A DNA stretch of 64,000 bases from Squalus acanthias (Eukaryota). The translations under genes were made by a program, and so were the position numbers. The stretch spans positions 134,418,001-134,482,000 of the forward strand of contig CM059431.1 of the NCBI GenBank assembly GCA_030390025.1, written 5' to 3'. Below, in pieces: positions 49,251 through 61,324 of the stretch. The first letter of the stretch is position 1; each line of letters begins with the position of its first letter. The notes beneath the pieces are model-generated. The model saw only the letters and a program-made list of their open reading frames with translations. It ran no database searches and was not told where the DNA came from.

Positions 49251-50435
49251 AAGGGGATTCCACCCGTTCCTCTGGGCTGCAGGTCTATAATTTCCTGGTT
49301 AATCGCTCCCACCCTTCTGAACTAATGGAGTGACATTGCCAATTTTCCAATCCAAGGGGAACACTCCTGAATCAAGAGAGTTTTGGAAGATTATGCTATT
49401 ATGTTATGGTGCTGCTGCTCAGTAGATTTGATTGTCACAGCCTTCCAGAATCCATTTGATTCCATTACTGGCTGCCCTACTATATATGTTGGTTAAAAAA
49501 ATAGTGTGTCCCCCTTTTGAGCAATTTTGTTTAGCAGTGCTCATGTGACCATCTGTTTATATTGCTTTCTAATAATCTCTCTGGTTGCTGGTTAACCAAG
49601 TCTGACCTGATTGTTTCATCTTTGACTGCCAATGCTCTGGACCAATGCTGGTAAAGAAAGGCCATATGCATTTGGCAATTTTCCATATATTCATTAATGG
49701 CTCATTAGTCTTTCATAACCACACGACCATTTCCATGGTAACTGCTATTGTTGATTTTGAACACTGTGATTGGTATTTCGGAACAATATGACTAAAAAAT
49801 TAAATTTACTCCCATTAACAGTGCCTGAAGGATCGGGGTGCATTGTCTTACACCAGCAACTCTTAAAAGGATGCTAGTTGCCTTAAAGCTATGCTGCTGA
49901 GGAGTAGAAATACCTGCAGCAAAACCAAGATGAAGACCACCACCCAGGATGCAGCTTTGGAGTTCCTCCTGCAGGCAGTGCTGAACAGATATTTGGTGAT
50001 GAAGAATCCATGAGCTTCTCACGTTTGGTATTAGAAGTGAGGGGTGGCAGGAAAAAGGCCGCCCGATCTTTCCATGCCAGCAGCCGCTTTGCACACTCTT
50101 CCTGTCCGTTCTGGGCAGGAAATGGATGGGCGATATTTAATTGGGGCCCAGCAGTTAAAATACCCTGGGCTTGAAACTTAGGCCAGTGAGTGTGTTTCGC
50201 ATTTGCTGTGCCCCCACCCCTCATTCTGAAACTTACTTAGGGTTAAAATTGACCCCCTAGAAGCTGCTACACAAAGAAATGTGGGAGAAAAAAACATTCT
50301 GTTGGACAATGAATCAGTACACACCAGGATGTCTTGTGGGAAATTATAAGGACTGGCCACAGAATATTTTCATAAGCATAGATCTATGCCTATAGAATGA
50401 ATTATGCAAACATTACCTATTCATACCCTTGACCT

Positions 50436-50840
50436 ACATAGGAACAGGAGTAGGCCATTCAGCCCCACGAGCCTGTTCCGCCATTCAATTAGATCATGGC
50501 TAATCTGTATCTTAACTCCATCTACCTGTCTTGGTTCTGTAACCCTTAATACCCTTGCCTAACAAAAACCTGTCAATCTTAGTTTTGACATTTTCAAGTG
50601 AACTAGCCTCAACAGCTTTTTGGGGGAAGAGATTTCCAGATTTCCACTACCCTTTGTGTGAAGAAGTGCTTCCTGACATCACCCCTGAATGGCCTTGTTC
50701 TCATTTTAAGGTTATGTCCCCTTGTTCAGGACTCCCCCCACCAGAGGAAATAGTTTCCATCAACCCTCTCAAATCCTTTAATCACCTTAAACACCTCAAT
50801 TAGATTACCCCTTAATCTTCTGTACTCAAGGGAATACAAA
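50436..50840 (-). mobile_element. CR1 3' end; continues at 51845-52200 after nested insertions
   Basis: CATAGGAACAGGAGTAGGCCATTCAGCC tail, LEYRRLRGNLIEVFKVIKGF on minus; resumes TACAAGCCTAG at 51846; SKFADDTKLGG in ORF 51884-52162. Confidence 0.85.
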
Positions 50841-51411
50841 CATTTTAGCGCCCCGAAAAAGTTAGCACCCCTCCGCCATAAATTCAGTAGTAGAGCCCCA
50901 AGCAGGAGGTGGGGCGCGACTGGAAGAGCGCCACCTCCTTCTTGAGGCGTTACTACTGAAGTTCGTGGCGCTACGTGCAACAGCGCCAAGCGCGGCGGCA
51001 TCATTGCAGGGCTCTGTCCCTGATTAAAGGGGAAGGGCCTAGCGCTGCGCGCTCCGGGGCCCTGCTGGACCACCGGGGAGCGGGGTGCCGTGCAAACTCA
51101 AGAGGAGTGCCGGGCTGAGCAATCGCGTCCGGCACCCCACATAAAAAAGGGAAAGTGGGCAGGTGCTGGCAGTTGGCCAGAAAACAAATGGCCGCCCGAC
51201 ACCTGCCCTTTAAGTAGCGCCGCTGCCGCTGCAAAAACGCCCCCTGATCCTGTCGGACATAGCGTCCGGCGATAGGTCAGAGGGCACAAGGGAAGTTTGT
51301 GGCCGGGGCAATGATGCCATCGCCAGCGGCGCAGCGCCGCAGGCGCTACCGGCTACTGCTGAATTTCGCGGGACGCTAACGAGAGGCGCAAACCAATCCA
51401 ATTTTCCCCCC
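50841..51411. mobile_element. Partial GC-rich Harbinger-type MITE related to 10687-11583
   Basis: End GCTAACGAGAGGCGCAAACCAATCCAATTTTCCCCCC resembles the reverse complement of 10687-10722. Confidence 0.65.
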
Positions 51412-51413
51412 AG

Positions 51414-51840
51414 AGTCTTGCATTTATATAGCGCCTTTCACGACCACCAGACATCCCAAAGCGCTTTACAGCCAATGAAGTATTTTTTGAAGTGTAGTCA
51501 CTTGTAATGTAGGAAACGCGGCACAAACCCCAATATGATAATGACCAGTTTTAGTGATGTTGGTTGAGGGATTAATATTGGCCAGGACACTGGAGATAAC
51601 TCTCCTGCTCTTCTTCAAAATAGTGCCATAGGATCTCTTACATCCACCTGAGAGAGCAGACGAGGCCTCGGTTTAATGTCTCATCCGAAAGACAGCACCT
51701 CCGACATTGCAGCACTCCCTCAGCACTGCACTGGAATGTCAGCCTCTAGTTTTTGTGCTCAAGTCTCTGGAGTAGGACTATGAACCAACAACCTTCTGAC
51801 TCAATGGCCAGGGTACTACCAACTGAGCCACAGCTGACAT
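51414..51840 (-). mobile_element. Near full-length SacSINE1/DeuSINE-like SINE
   Basis: Minus strand head TGTCAGCTGTGGCTCAGTTGGTAG...GAGTCAGAAGGTTGTTGGTTCA (A/B boxes), body, and tail GAAAGGCGCTATATAAATGCAAGAC. Confidence 0.85.
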
Positions 51841-52253
51841 TTAATTACAAGCCTAGTCTATGCAATCTATCCTCATAATTTAATCATTTTAGCCCCGGCA
51901 TCATTCTGGTGAATCTGCACTGTACCCGCTCCAAGGCCAATATATCCTTCCTGAGATGCAGTGCCCAGAACTGAATGCAGTACTCTAGATGGGGTCTAAT
52001 GTGGATGACCTCACACTTTCCCACATTAAACTCCATCTGCCACAGTTTTGCCCACTCATCTAATCTATCAATATCCCTTTGTAACTTTATGCTCCTATCT
52101 ACATTATTTACTCTGCCACCTAACTTAGTGTCATCAGCAAACTTAGATAGACGGCTCTCCATTCCTTCATTTAAAAATAGCGGAAAGCTGAGGCCCCATT
52201 ACAGATTCCTGCCAATGATGTGACTAATGGTGTCCCCCACATGAAACAGAATA

Positions 52254-55200
52254 GTTTCATGTGGGGGATGGCGGCGAGAGTGGGACCAGCGGCGAGAGCG
52301 GCGGGGATAAAAGGAACGGAGCCCGAGGCCCGAGGGCAGTGGCGAGAGTGGGACCAGTGGCGAGAGCGGGACCAGTGGCGAGAGCGGGACCAGTGGCGAG
52401 AGAGGGACCAGTGGTGAGAGCGGGGCCAGTGGCGAGAGCGGGGCCAGTAGCGAGAGCGGGGCCAGTGGCGAGAGTGGGACCAGCGGCGAGAGTGGGACCA
52501 GTGGCGAGAGAGGGACCAGCGGCGAGAGCGGGGCCAGTGGCGATAGGGGTCCAGTGGCGATAGGGGGCCAGTGGCGAGAGCGGGGCCAGTGGTGAGAGTG
52601 GGGCCAGTGGCGAGAGTGGGGCCAGTGGCGAGAGCTGGGCCAGTGGCGAGAGCGGGGCCAGTGGCGATAGCGGGGCCAGTGGCGAGAGCGGGGCCAGTGG
52701 CGAGAGCGGGGCCAGTGGCGAGAGCGGGGCCAGTGGCGAGAGCGGGACCAGTGGCGAGAGCGGGGCCAGTGGCGATAGGGGGCCAGTGGCGAGAGCGGGG
52801 CCAGTGGCGAGAGCGGGGCCAGTGGCGAGAGCGGGGCCAGTGGCGAGAGCGGGGCCAGTGGCGAGAGCGGGGCCAGCGGCGAGAGCGGGGCCAGTGGCGA
52901 GAGCGGGGCCAGTGGTGAGTGCGGGGCCAGGGGCGAGAGCGGGGCCAGCGGCGAGAGCGGGGCCAGCGGCGAGAGCGGGGCCAGTGGCGAGAGCGGGGCC
53001 AGTGGCGAGAGCGGGGCCAGTGGCGAGAGCGGGGCCAGTGGCGAGAGCGGGGCCAGCGGTGGGGATAAAAGGAGCGGAGTCCGAGGCCCGAGGACCAGCG
53101 GCGAGAGCGGGGCCAGCGGTGGGGATAAAAGGAGCGGAGTCCGAGGCCCGAGGACCAGCGGCGAGAGTGGGGCCAGCGGTGGGGATAAAAGGAGCGGAGT
53201 CCGAGGCCCGAGGACCAGCGGTGAGAGCGGGGCCAGCGGTGGGGATAAAAGGAGCGGAGTCCGAGGCCCGAGGACCAGCGGCGAGAGTGGGGCCAGCGGT
53301 GGGGATAAAAGGAGCGGAGTCCGAGGCCCGAGAGCTGCGGTGAGGAGAGAGTGAGAACAAAAAAAAATCAAGGAGTAACATCACAGGATAGCAGGTAGGT
53401 GATTGGCTGGTGAGTATTACAGCGTTTTTTTTCTTTCACTCAGCTCGTGCAGTGGTTTAAACGAAGAGCTGGGGAACTATAATTATTACGTAGATAAACT
53501 AATTAATTAATGTAACTATAAATAATCATTTGATTAACAACTTTAACTAATTAAATAAGCAAATAAATAAAAATGTCTAGAGATGGCAGGGCAGGCTGCG
53601 TGTCGGGACCGTAGTCTGTGGGAGTTTGTGGACAGCGAGACTGTCCCGGATTCCCACATCTGCAGGAAATGTCTCTGCCTTCAGTCACTTTGACTCAGAG
53701 TCATTGAGCTGGAATGCGAGTTAGAGACACTCCGAAACAGAAGGAAGGGGGAGGAAATTCTGGATAGTTTAATCCAGAATACAGTCACACCCCAGAGGAA
53801 AGTAAGAAAGGGAGGGTGTGACTGTTAGGGAGCCGGGTAGCAGGGACTTGCGAGAGGTTGAGAAGGAGGTCCCACAGACACTGGTCTCGTCCAACAGTAT
53901 GATGAACTCACTACCTGTGAGGACAAGGAGAAAGACTGTGGGGAGGACAGCCACAATGCAGACCAAGTTTCATGTGGGGGATGGTGGCGAGAGTGGGACC
54001 AGTGGCGAGAGCGGGACCAGTGGCGAGAGCGGGACCAGTGGCGAGAGAGGGACCAGTGGTGAGAGCGGGGCCAGTGGCGAGAGCGGGGCCAGTGGCGAGA
54101 GCGGGGCCAGTGGTGAGTGCGGGGCCAGGGGCGAGAGCGGGGCCAGCGGCGAGAGCGGGGCCAGCGGCGAGAGCGGGGCCAGTGGCGAGAGCGGGGCCAG
54201 TGGCGAGAGCGGGGCCAGTGGCGAGAGCGGGGCCAGTGGCGAGAGCGGGGCCAGCGGTGGGGATAAAAGGAGCGGAGTCCGAGGCCCGAGGACCAGCGGC
54301 GAGAGCGGGGCCAGCGGTGGGGATAAAAGGAGCGGAGTCCGAGGCCCGAGGACCAGCGGCGAGAGTGGGGCCAGCGGTGGGGATAAAAGGAGCGGAGTCC
54401 GAGGCCCGAGGACCAGCGGTGAGAGCGGGGCCAGCGGTGGGGATAAAAGGAGCGGAGTCCGAGGCCCGAGGACCAGCGGCGAGAGTGGGGCCAGCGGTGG
54501 GGATAAAAGGAGCGGAGTCCGAGGCCCGAGAGCTGCGGTGAGGAGAGAGTGAGAACAAAAAAAAATCAAGGAGTAACATCACAGGATAGCAGGTAGGTGA
54601 TTGGCTGGTGAGTATTACAGCGTTTTTTTTCTTTCACTCAGCTCGTGCAGTGGTTTAAACGAAGAGCTGGGGAACTATAATTATTACGTAGATAAACTAA
54701 TTAATTAATGTAACTATAAATAATCATTTGATTAACAACTTTAACTAATTAAATAAGCAAATAAATAAAAATGTCTAGAGATGGCAGGGCAGGCTGCGTG
54801 TCGGGACCGTAGTCTGTGGGAGTTTGTGGACAGCGAGACTGTCCCGGATTCCCACATCTGCAGGAAATGTCTCTGCCTTCAGTCACTTTGACTCAGAGTC
54901 ATTGAGCTGGAATGCGAGTTAGAGACACTCCGAAACAGAAGGAAGGGGGAGGAAATTCTGGATAGTTTAATCCAGAATACAGTCACACCCCAGAGGAAAG
55001 TAAGAAAGGGAGGGTGTGACTGTTAGGGAGCCGGGTAGCAGGGACTTGCGAGAGGTTGAGAAGGAGGTCCCACAGACACTGGTCTCGTCCAACAGTATGA
55101 TGAACTCACTACCTGTGAGGACAAGGAGAAAGACTGTGGGGAGGACAGCCACAATGCAGACCAAGTTTCATGTGGGGGATGGTGGCGAGAGTGGGACCAG

Positions 55201-56612
55201 TGGCGAGAGCGGGACCAGTGGCGAGAGCGGGACCAGTGGCGAGAGAGGGACCAGTGGTGAGAGCGGGGCCAGTGGCGAGAGCGGGGCCAGTGGCGAGAGC
55301 GGGGCCAGTGGTGAGTGCGGGGCCAGGGGCGAGAGCGGGGCCAGCGGCGAGAGCGGGGCCAGCGGCGAGAGCGGGGCCAGTGGCGAGAGCGGGGCCAGTG
55401 GCGAGAGCGGGGCCAGTGGCGAGAGCGGGGCCAGTGGCGAGAGCGGGGCCAGTGGCGAGAGCGGGGCCAGTGGCGAGAGCGGGGCCAGTGGCGAGAGCGG
55501 GACCAGTGGCGAGAGCGGGGCCAGTGGCGATAGGGGGCCAGTGGCGAGAGCGGGGCCAGTGGCGAGAGCGGGGCCAGTGGCGAGAGCGGGGCCAGTGGCG
55601 AGAGCGGGGCCAGTGGTGAGCGCGGGGCCAGGGGCGAGAGCGGGGCCAGCGGCGAGAGCGGGGCCAGTGGCGAGAGCGGGGCCAGTGGCGAGAGCGGGGC
55701 CAGCGGTGGGGATAAAAGGAGCGGAGTCCGAGGCCCGAGGACCAGCGGCGAGAGCGGGGCCAGCGGTGGGGATAAAAGGAGCGGAGTCCGAGGCCCGAGG
55801 ACCAGCGGCGAGAGTGGGGCCAGCGGTGGGGATAAAAGGAGCGGAGTCCGAGGCCCGAGGACCAGCGGTGAGAGCGGGGCCAGCGGTGGGGATAAAAGGA
55901 GCGGAGTCCGAGGCCCGAGGACCAGCGGCGAGAGTGGGGCCAGCGGTGGGGATAAAAGGAGCGGAGTCCGAGGCCCGAGAGCTGCGGTGAGGAGAGAGTG
56001 AGAACAAAAAAAAATCAAGGAGTGACATCACAGGATAGCAGGTAGGTGATTGGCTGGTGAGTATTACAGCGTTTTTTTTCTTTCACTCAGCTCGTGCAGT
56101 GGTTTAAACGAAGAGCTGGGGAACTATAATTATTACGTAGATAAACTAATTAATTAATGTAACTATAAATAATCATTTGATTAACAACTTTAACTAATTA
56201 AATAAGCAAATAAATAAAAATGTCCAGAGATGGCAGGGCAGGCTGTGTGTCGGGACCGTAGTCTGTGGGAGTTTGTGGACAGCGAGACTGTCCCGGATTC
56301 CCACATCTGCAGGAAATGTCTCTGCCTTCAGTCACTTTGACTCAGAGTCATTGAGCTGGAGTGCGAGTTAGAGACACTCCGAAACAGAAGGAAGGGGGAG
56401 GAAATTCTGGATAGTTTAATCCAGAATACAGTCACACCCCAGAGGAAAGTAAGAAAGGGAGGGTGTGACTGTTAGGGAGCCGGGTAGCAGGGACTTGCGA
56501 GAGGTTGAGAAGGAGGTCCCACAGACACTGGTCTCGTCCAACAGTATGATGAACTCACTACTGTGAGGACAAGGAGAAAGACTGTGGGGAGGACAGCCAC
56601 AATGCAGACCAA
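52254..56612 (+). repeat. Three tandem copies (1713, 1198, 1448 bp), each an 18-bp array + five 60-bp monomers + ORF1 start
   Basis: Junction CAGACCAAG|TTTCATGTGGGGGATGG at 53967 and 55165; 18-mer GGCGAGAGCGGGGCCAGT; 60-mer GGTGGGGATAAAAGGAGCGGAGTCCGAGGCCCGAGGACCAGCGGCGAGAGCGGGGCCAGC. Confidence 0.95.
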
Positions 56613-59150
56613 GACACCATGGCTCAGAAGGCTGTCCAAGGAATGTGGGGGAGGGGGGGGGGGTTGGGGGGGAAGAGCTGTATAGAAATGTGGTAGTGAT
56701 AGGGGATTTTATAATTAGGGAGATAGATAGCGTCCTCTGCAGCCAAGAATGAGAATCCCGAACATAAGAAATAGGAGCTGGAGTCGGCCAATTGGGTGTG
56801 TTGCCTACCCGATGCCAGGGTAAGGGATATCTCGTGATGGTTGGAGAAGAATTTGGAAAGGGAGGGGGTAAATCCAGTTGTTGTGGTCCATGTCGGAACA
56901 AACGACATTGGTAGGAACAGGGAGGAGATCCTGCTGAGGGAGTATCAGGAGTTATGAGCTATATTAAAAAGCAGGACCTGAAGGGTAATAATAATTATTG
57001 CCCGAGCCAAGTGCAAATTGGCATAGAAGCAGTCAGATCAGGAGAATTAACACGTGGGTAAAGGGCTGGTGTGGGAAAGGGGGGTTCCTTTTCATGAGAC
57101 ACTGGCACCAGTACTGGGACAGGAAGGAGCTGTACCGATCGGACGGGCTCCACCTGAACCAGGATGGAAAACATGTCCTAGCGGAAAGGGTAAATAGGGA
57201 GGTGGCAAAGGCTTTAAACCATTAAGACAGGGGGAGGGATCTACAAGAAATGAAACCAGCTTAAATATAAACAAAACAGCTAAGGAGAGCATAGAAAAGC
57301 ATAAAGTAAGGGAAGACATTCATGGCCAGGGAATAAATAGGGTTATAGAACAGGAGTTTAAAAAGATGGTTAAAAATAAAGTGAGAGGAACTGCTATTAA
57401 AAATGAGTTACACTGTCTGTACAGCAATGCACACAGTGTCTGTAATAAAACAGGGAAATTGGAGGCAATCATGCGTTGCAAGGAACCAGACATAGTAGGG
57501 ATTACTGAGACATGGCTATAGAAAAATCAAGACTAGGAATTAAACATTGCAGGGTATAACGTATTTAGAAAAGATAGAGAGGGAAAAATAGGAGGTGGAG
57601 TAGCTGTAATTATTAGGGATAACATAATGGCAGTAGAAAAATGTGACGCAGCTATCAGCAAGACAGAAATAGGATCCATGTGGATAGAGATAAAAGATAA
57701 TAAAGGATCAATCACACTTATAGGGGTAGTCTACAGACCACCTAATAGTGGAAGGGAGGTGGAGGAAGAAATATGCAAACAAATTAGGGAAATGAGTAAA
57801 AAACATAAAATAATAATCATGGGGGATTTCAACTACCCCAATATTAATTGGACAGAAGAGGTAGGTAAAGGGGATAAGGGAATGGAGTTCCTACAATATG
57901 TACAGGACTCCTTTCTAACCCAATATGTAAAAAGCCCAAAAAGGGAGGATTCGCTATTAGATCTAGTATGGGGAATGAACCAGAGCAGATAAGAGAAGTA
58001 AAAGTAGGGGAACATCTAGGCAATAGTGACCATAATATAACATAAGATAATAATTGAGAAGGAAATAAGTATGGTGAAGACCAGCGTAATAGTTTGGAGA
58101 AAAGCTGATTTTGAGGGGCTGAGAATAGAACTTGGGAAAATAAAATGGACAACAACATCGGCAAACAATGATGCAGAACAGCAATGGGAAATATTTAAAA
58201 CCGTATTCAACAGAATCCAGAAAAAATATATTCTGCTAAAAAACAAGAACAAGAACACTAATGAGACACCATGGATGAATAAAGCCATAAGGGAAAAATT
58301 GAGGGTAAGGAAAGAGGCATACATTAAGTACATGGACAGCAGGGGAGAGCATGATAAGGGAGAATACAAAGAGATTAGGAGAGAAGTCAAAAAAAAATTA
58401 GGAGAGCAAAGCGGAACTATGAAATTAAATTAGCAAGGAACATAAAACAAAATAGTAAAATATTTTACAGACACATGAATGAAAAAAAGGAAGGTCAGGA
58501 TGGGAATAGGACCACTAAGGGATGGACAGAATTAAACCACAGGCAGCGATAGGGAGATGGCAGAAATATCAAATAATTACTTTGCTTCAGTATTTACCAG
58601 GGAGATAGAACAGGTGGACATGGCATCAGATGATGAGATTAGTAATGAGATAACTGCATTTAAAATAAATAGAGGAGATATATTAAATAAACTAATCAAA
58701 CTCAAAGAGGATAAAACCCCTGGTTTCTCTTTCTCTTGAAAAGAGAAGGCTGAGGGGTGACCTAATTGAGGTCTTTAAAATTATGAGAGGTTTTGATGGA
58801 GTAGATACAGAGAGTATGTTTCCACTTGTGGGGAAGAGCATAACTAGAGGCCATCAATATAAGATAGTCACCAAGAACGCAAATAGAGAATTCAGAAGAA
58901 ACTTCTTTACCCAAAAAGTGGTCAGAATGTGGAACTCGCTACCACAGAGATTGCTTGAAGCGAATAGTATAGATGTATTTAAGGGGTGGTTAGATAAGCA
59001 TATGAGGGAGAAGGGAATAGAGGGTTATGCTGATAGAGTTAGATGAGGAAAGATGGGAGGAGGCTCGAGTGGAGTATAAACGCCAGCTTAGACTGGTTGG
59101 GCCGAATGGCCTGTTTCTGTGCCGTATATCCTATGTAATCCTATGTAATA
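52254..59150 (+). mobile_element. CR1 LINE with triplicated 5' end, decayed ORF1 and endonuclease, lacking the RT core
   Basis: ORF1 N-terminus MAGQAACRD..HICRKC..LRVIELECELETLR; esterase-like VVVIGD, VVVVHVGTNDIG, DGLHLN; APE ITETWL, YRPP, GDFNYP, SDH; jumps from KEDKTPG to FSLEKRRLRG at ~58724; tail (CCTATGTAAT)2. Confidence 0.9.
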
Positions 59151-59230
59151 TTTGTGGTGCTCATTCAGAAGATGTTAGCAGATATGTTAATTTTGATAAG
59201 GTAGTTTACGACATCAGGTACTTTACCCAC

Positions 59231-59346
59231 CAGGTCTATAGTTTTAGCTATCTTTTTGGACTCATCATTACACCAGTTTCACACCAGAGCCATTCCTGTG
59301 GTAGGGATTTGATGGCCACTTGATGGATCATGTTATTCGGCAGGTC
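59231..59346 (-). CDS. UGGT2: UGGT2 catalytic-domain exon, 1 nt short in this sequence
   Basis: [56 protein letters not shown]; 116 nt where 39 codons need 117. Confidence 0.93.
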
Positions 59347-60297
59347 CTGGAAGGAAGAAGAACAAAATTATGGCACTAACCCTTGTGGCATAAATAAGCA
59401 GGAATACAGTATTCTAAATAGTAAGAAAATAGATGAATAAACAGTCACTGTAGTTAAAAGGAGCGAGAAATTAAGTTATGCTTTTTATTACAAATATGCA
59501 CCTGTGGAATTTAGAACCTGAACAACTAATCAGATAAGGTACTGTTCAAGATTCAAGGTAGTGACCAACATGTAAACACGTGCATGAATCAATCCTGGAG
59601 ACATTGTTAAATAATGTTATTAAATTTAACTTGCTAATATGTTGTGCAACCAATCTGAAATAGATCATTTACCTCCAGTTATTTTTCTTAACAATTATCA
59701 AGAATAACATTTTAATTAGCCTGACCCAATCCAATCTCAAAATAATTATTACATCTCTAATATAGGTTGAATGCTTGCAAGAGAAGTCTGGTGTACCTAT
59801 TTTTCTTCAGAGCTTTCAAAAACAGAACCTGGGGAGTTCAATGTGCAAATGTTGTGTCACAGTGAATTTACTGTGTCAAACAGTCTATTGCATTATTCAT
59901 AAAAAATACCTTTCACATCAACAAGTCATGTTTGAGAAAATTGTGGCTCTAAATATTGCCAAATAAATCTTTCTCCAGATTAGTGAATGTTGGCCTGAGA
60001 ACTGAACTCACTGCTTTTCACACCATGTTTAGTACTGACATGGATGTCTGAATTCATGCCTGCTGGTCTTGAATCTATCCTATTTTGGTTAGAGTTTTCT
60101 TCACAACTGGTAGATAGCAAAAAAGGATAGAATACCAGCAGCAGGAATCAAAACGCCAACAAATCCAACCCTAAAAAATGGAACTGGGATCTATTTCCTT
60201 TAGAATTTCTTCAGCTAATACCCCAATACAACAGAGGAGGTAGATAGGACAAGACTACATGTGGTAGGGAATACTTTGCTTGCCTTAAAAAATACAC

Positions 60298-60762
60298 TTT
60301 TTTTTCGTTCTTGGGATGTGGGCGTCGCTGGCAAGGCCAGCATTTATTGCCCATCCCTAATTGCCCTCGAGAAAGTGGTGGTGAGCCGCCTTCTTGAACC
60401 GCTGCAGTCTGTGCAGTGAAGGTACTCCCATAGTGCTGTTAGGGAGAGAGTTCCAGGATTTTGACCCAGCAACAATGAAGGAATGGCAATACAAGTCAGC
60501 ATGTTGTGTGACTTGGAGGGGAACTTGGAGATGATGGTGTTCCCATGCGCCTGCTGCCTTTGTCCTTCTAGGCGGTAAAGGTCTTGGGTTTGGAAGGTGC
60601 TGCCGAAGAAGCCTTGGCGAGTTGCTGCAGTGCATCTTGTAGATGGTACACACTGCAGCCACGGTGTGCCAGTGGTGGAGGGAGTGAATGTTTAAGGTGG
60701 TGGATGGGGTGCCAATCAAGCGGGCTGCTTTGTCCTGGATGGTGTTGAGCTTCTTCAGTGTG
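60298..60762 (-). mobile_element. 3' end of the LINE family at 1-1608
   Basis: TLKKLNTIQDKAARLIGTPSTTLNIHSLHH in ORF 60357-60851, nearly the same as 852-1316. Confidence 0.9.
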
Positions 60763-60771
60763 GATGGACCT

Positions 60772-61320
60772 GGCCCTGATATTAACTTGATTAACTTGGA
60801 GGCTAGGAGGGAGCGGTGGGGGGAGGGGGGAGGCGCTGTATTGCAGGCCATGCCCTGCCGAATTTAACAGCAGGGCTGATTAACATTTTTTGTCACCGTT
60901 TCCTGGCCACAGCCAGCTAAACTGAGAGACTGACTGGCTGTCAGGCGGGAAGGCCTGCGGCACCAATCAGCAGCAGGGGAGCTCCGAGGTGTTCAGGGAC
61001 TGTGGAGCGATTGGGGGGGGGGGGCGGAGACATATCGTGGGGGGGAGTGGAGACAGGGAGGGATTAGAAAGGCCAAGAGATGGGGGAAATTGGAGGCCGG
61101 AGGGGACGGGTCGGGACAGTGGGAGCTCGTGACTCGGGCGGGGGGGGTTTCGATCGTGGAGGGCGGGGGGAAGCAGGTAAGTTGGAGCCAGCAGGTAAGT
61201 GAAAAAGCACTGGAAAGGCACTTACCTGCTGGATCCAGCAGTCCTCGCCTCCCTTTAGCTACTGGGTTTCCCGAGGCCCAGGAAACCCGGCCAGCCAGGG
61301 TGAAATTTAAAATAGGGATT
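60772..61320. mobile_element. Probable partial Harbinger-type MITE with a G-rich interior
   Basis: Starts GGCCCTGATATTAAC like other GGCC-type termini in the window; no matching right TIR found. Confidence 0.45.
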
Positions 61321-61324
61321 AAAG

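Noticed and set aside
51760..51840. tRNA gene
   Set aside because: A/B-box sequence continues directly into a SINE body; it is a SINE head, as at 9470 and 4100.
53057..55980. CRISPR-like regular repeats
   Set aside because: No unique spacers and no cas genes; eukaryotic context.
52199..56031. Long ORFs with GESGAS, ARAGPV and PLAPLS repeats that look collagen-, silk- or antifreeze-like
   Set aside because: 18- and 60-bp units are multiples of three and open in several frames on both strands; they lie in a CR1 5' UTR with no signal peptide or exon structure.
59248..59280. Programmed frameshifting or an alternative splice site rescuing the UGGT2 exon
   Set aside because: No slippery heptamer at the site, and conserved residues lie on both sides of the indel, so shifting a splice site cannot restore both.
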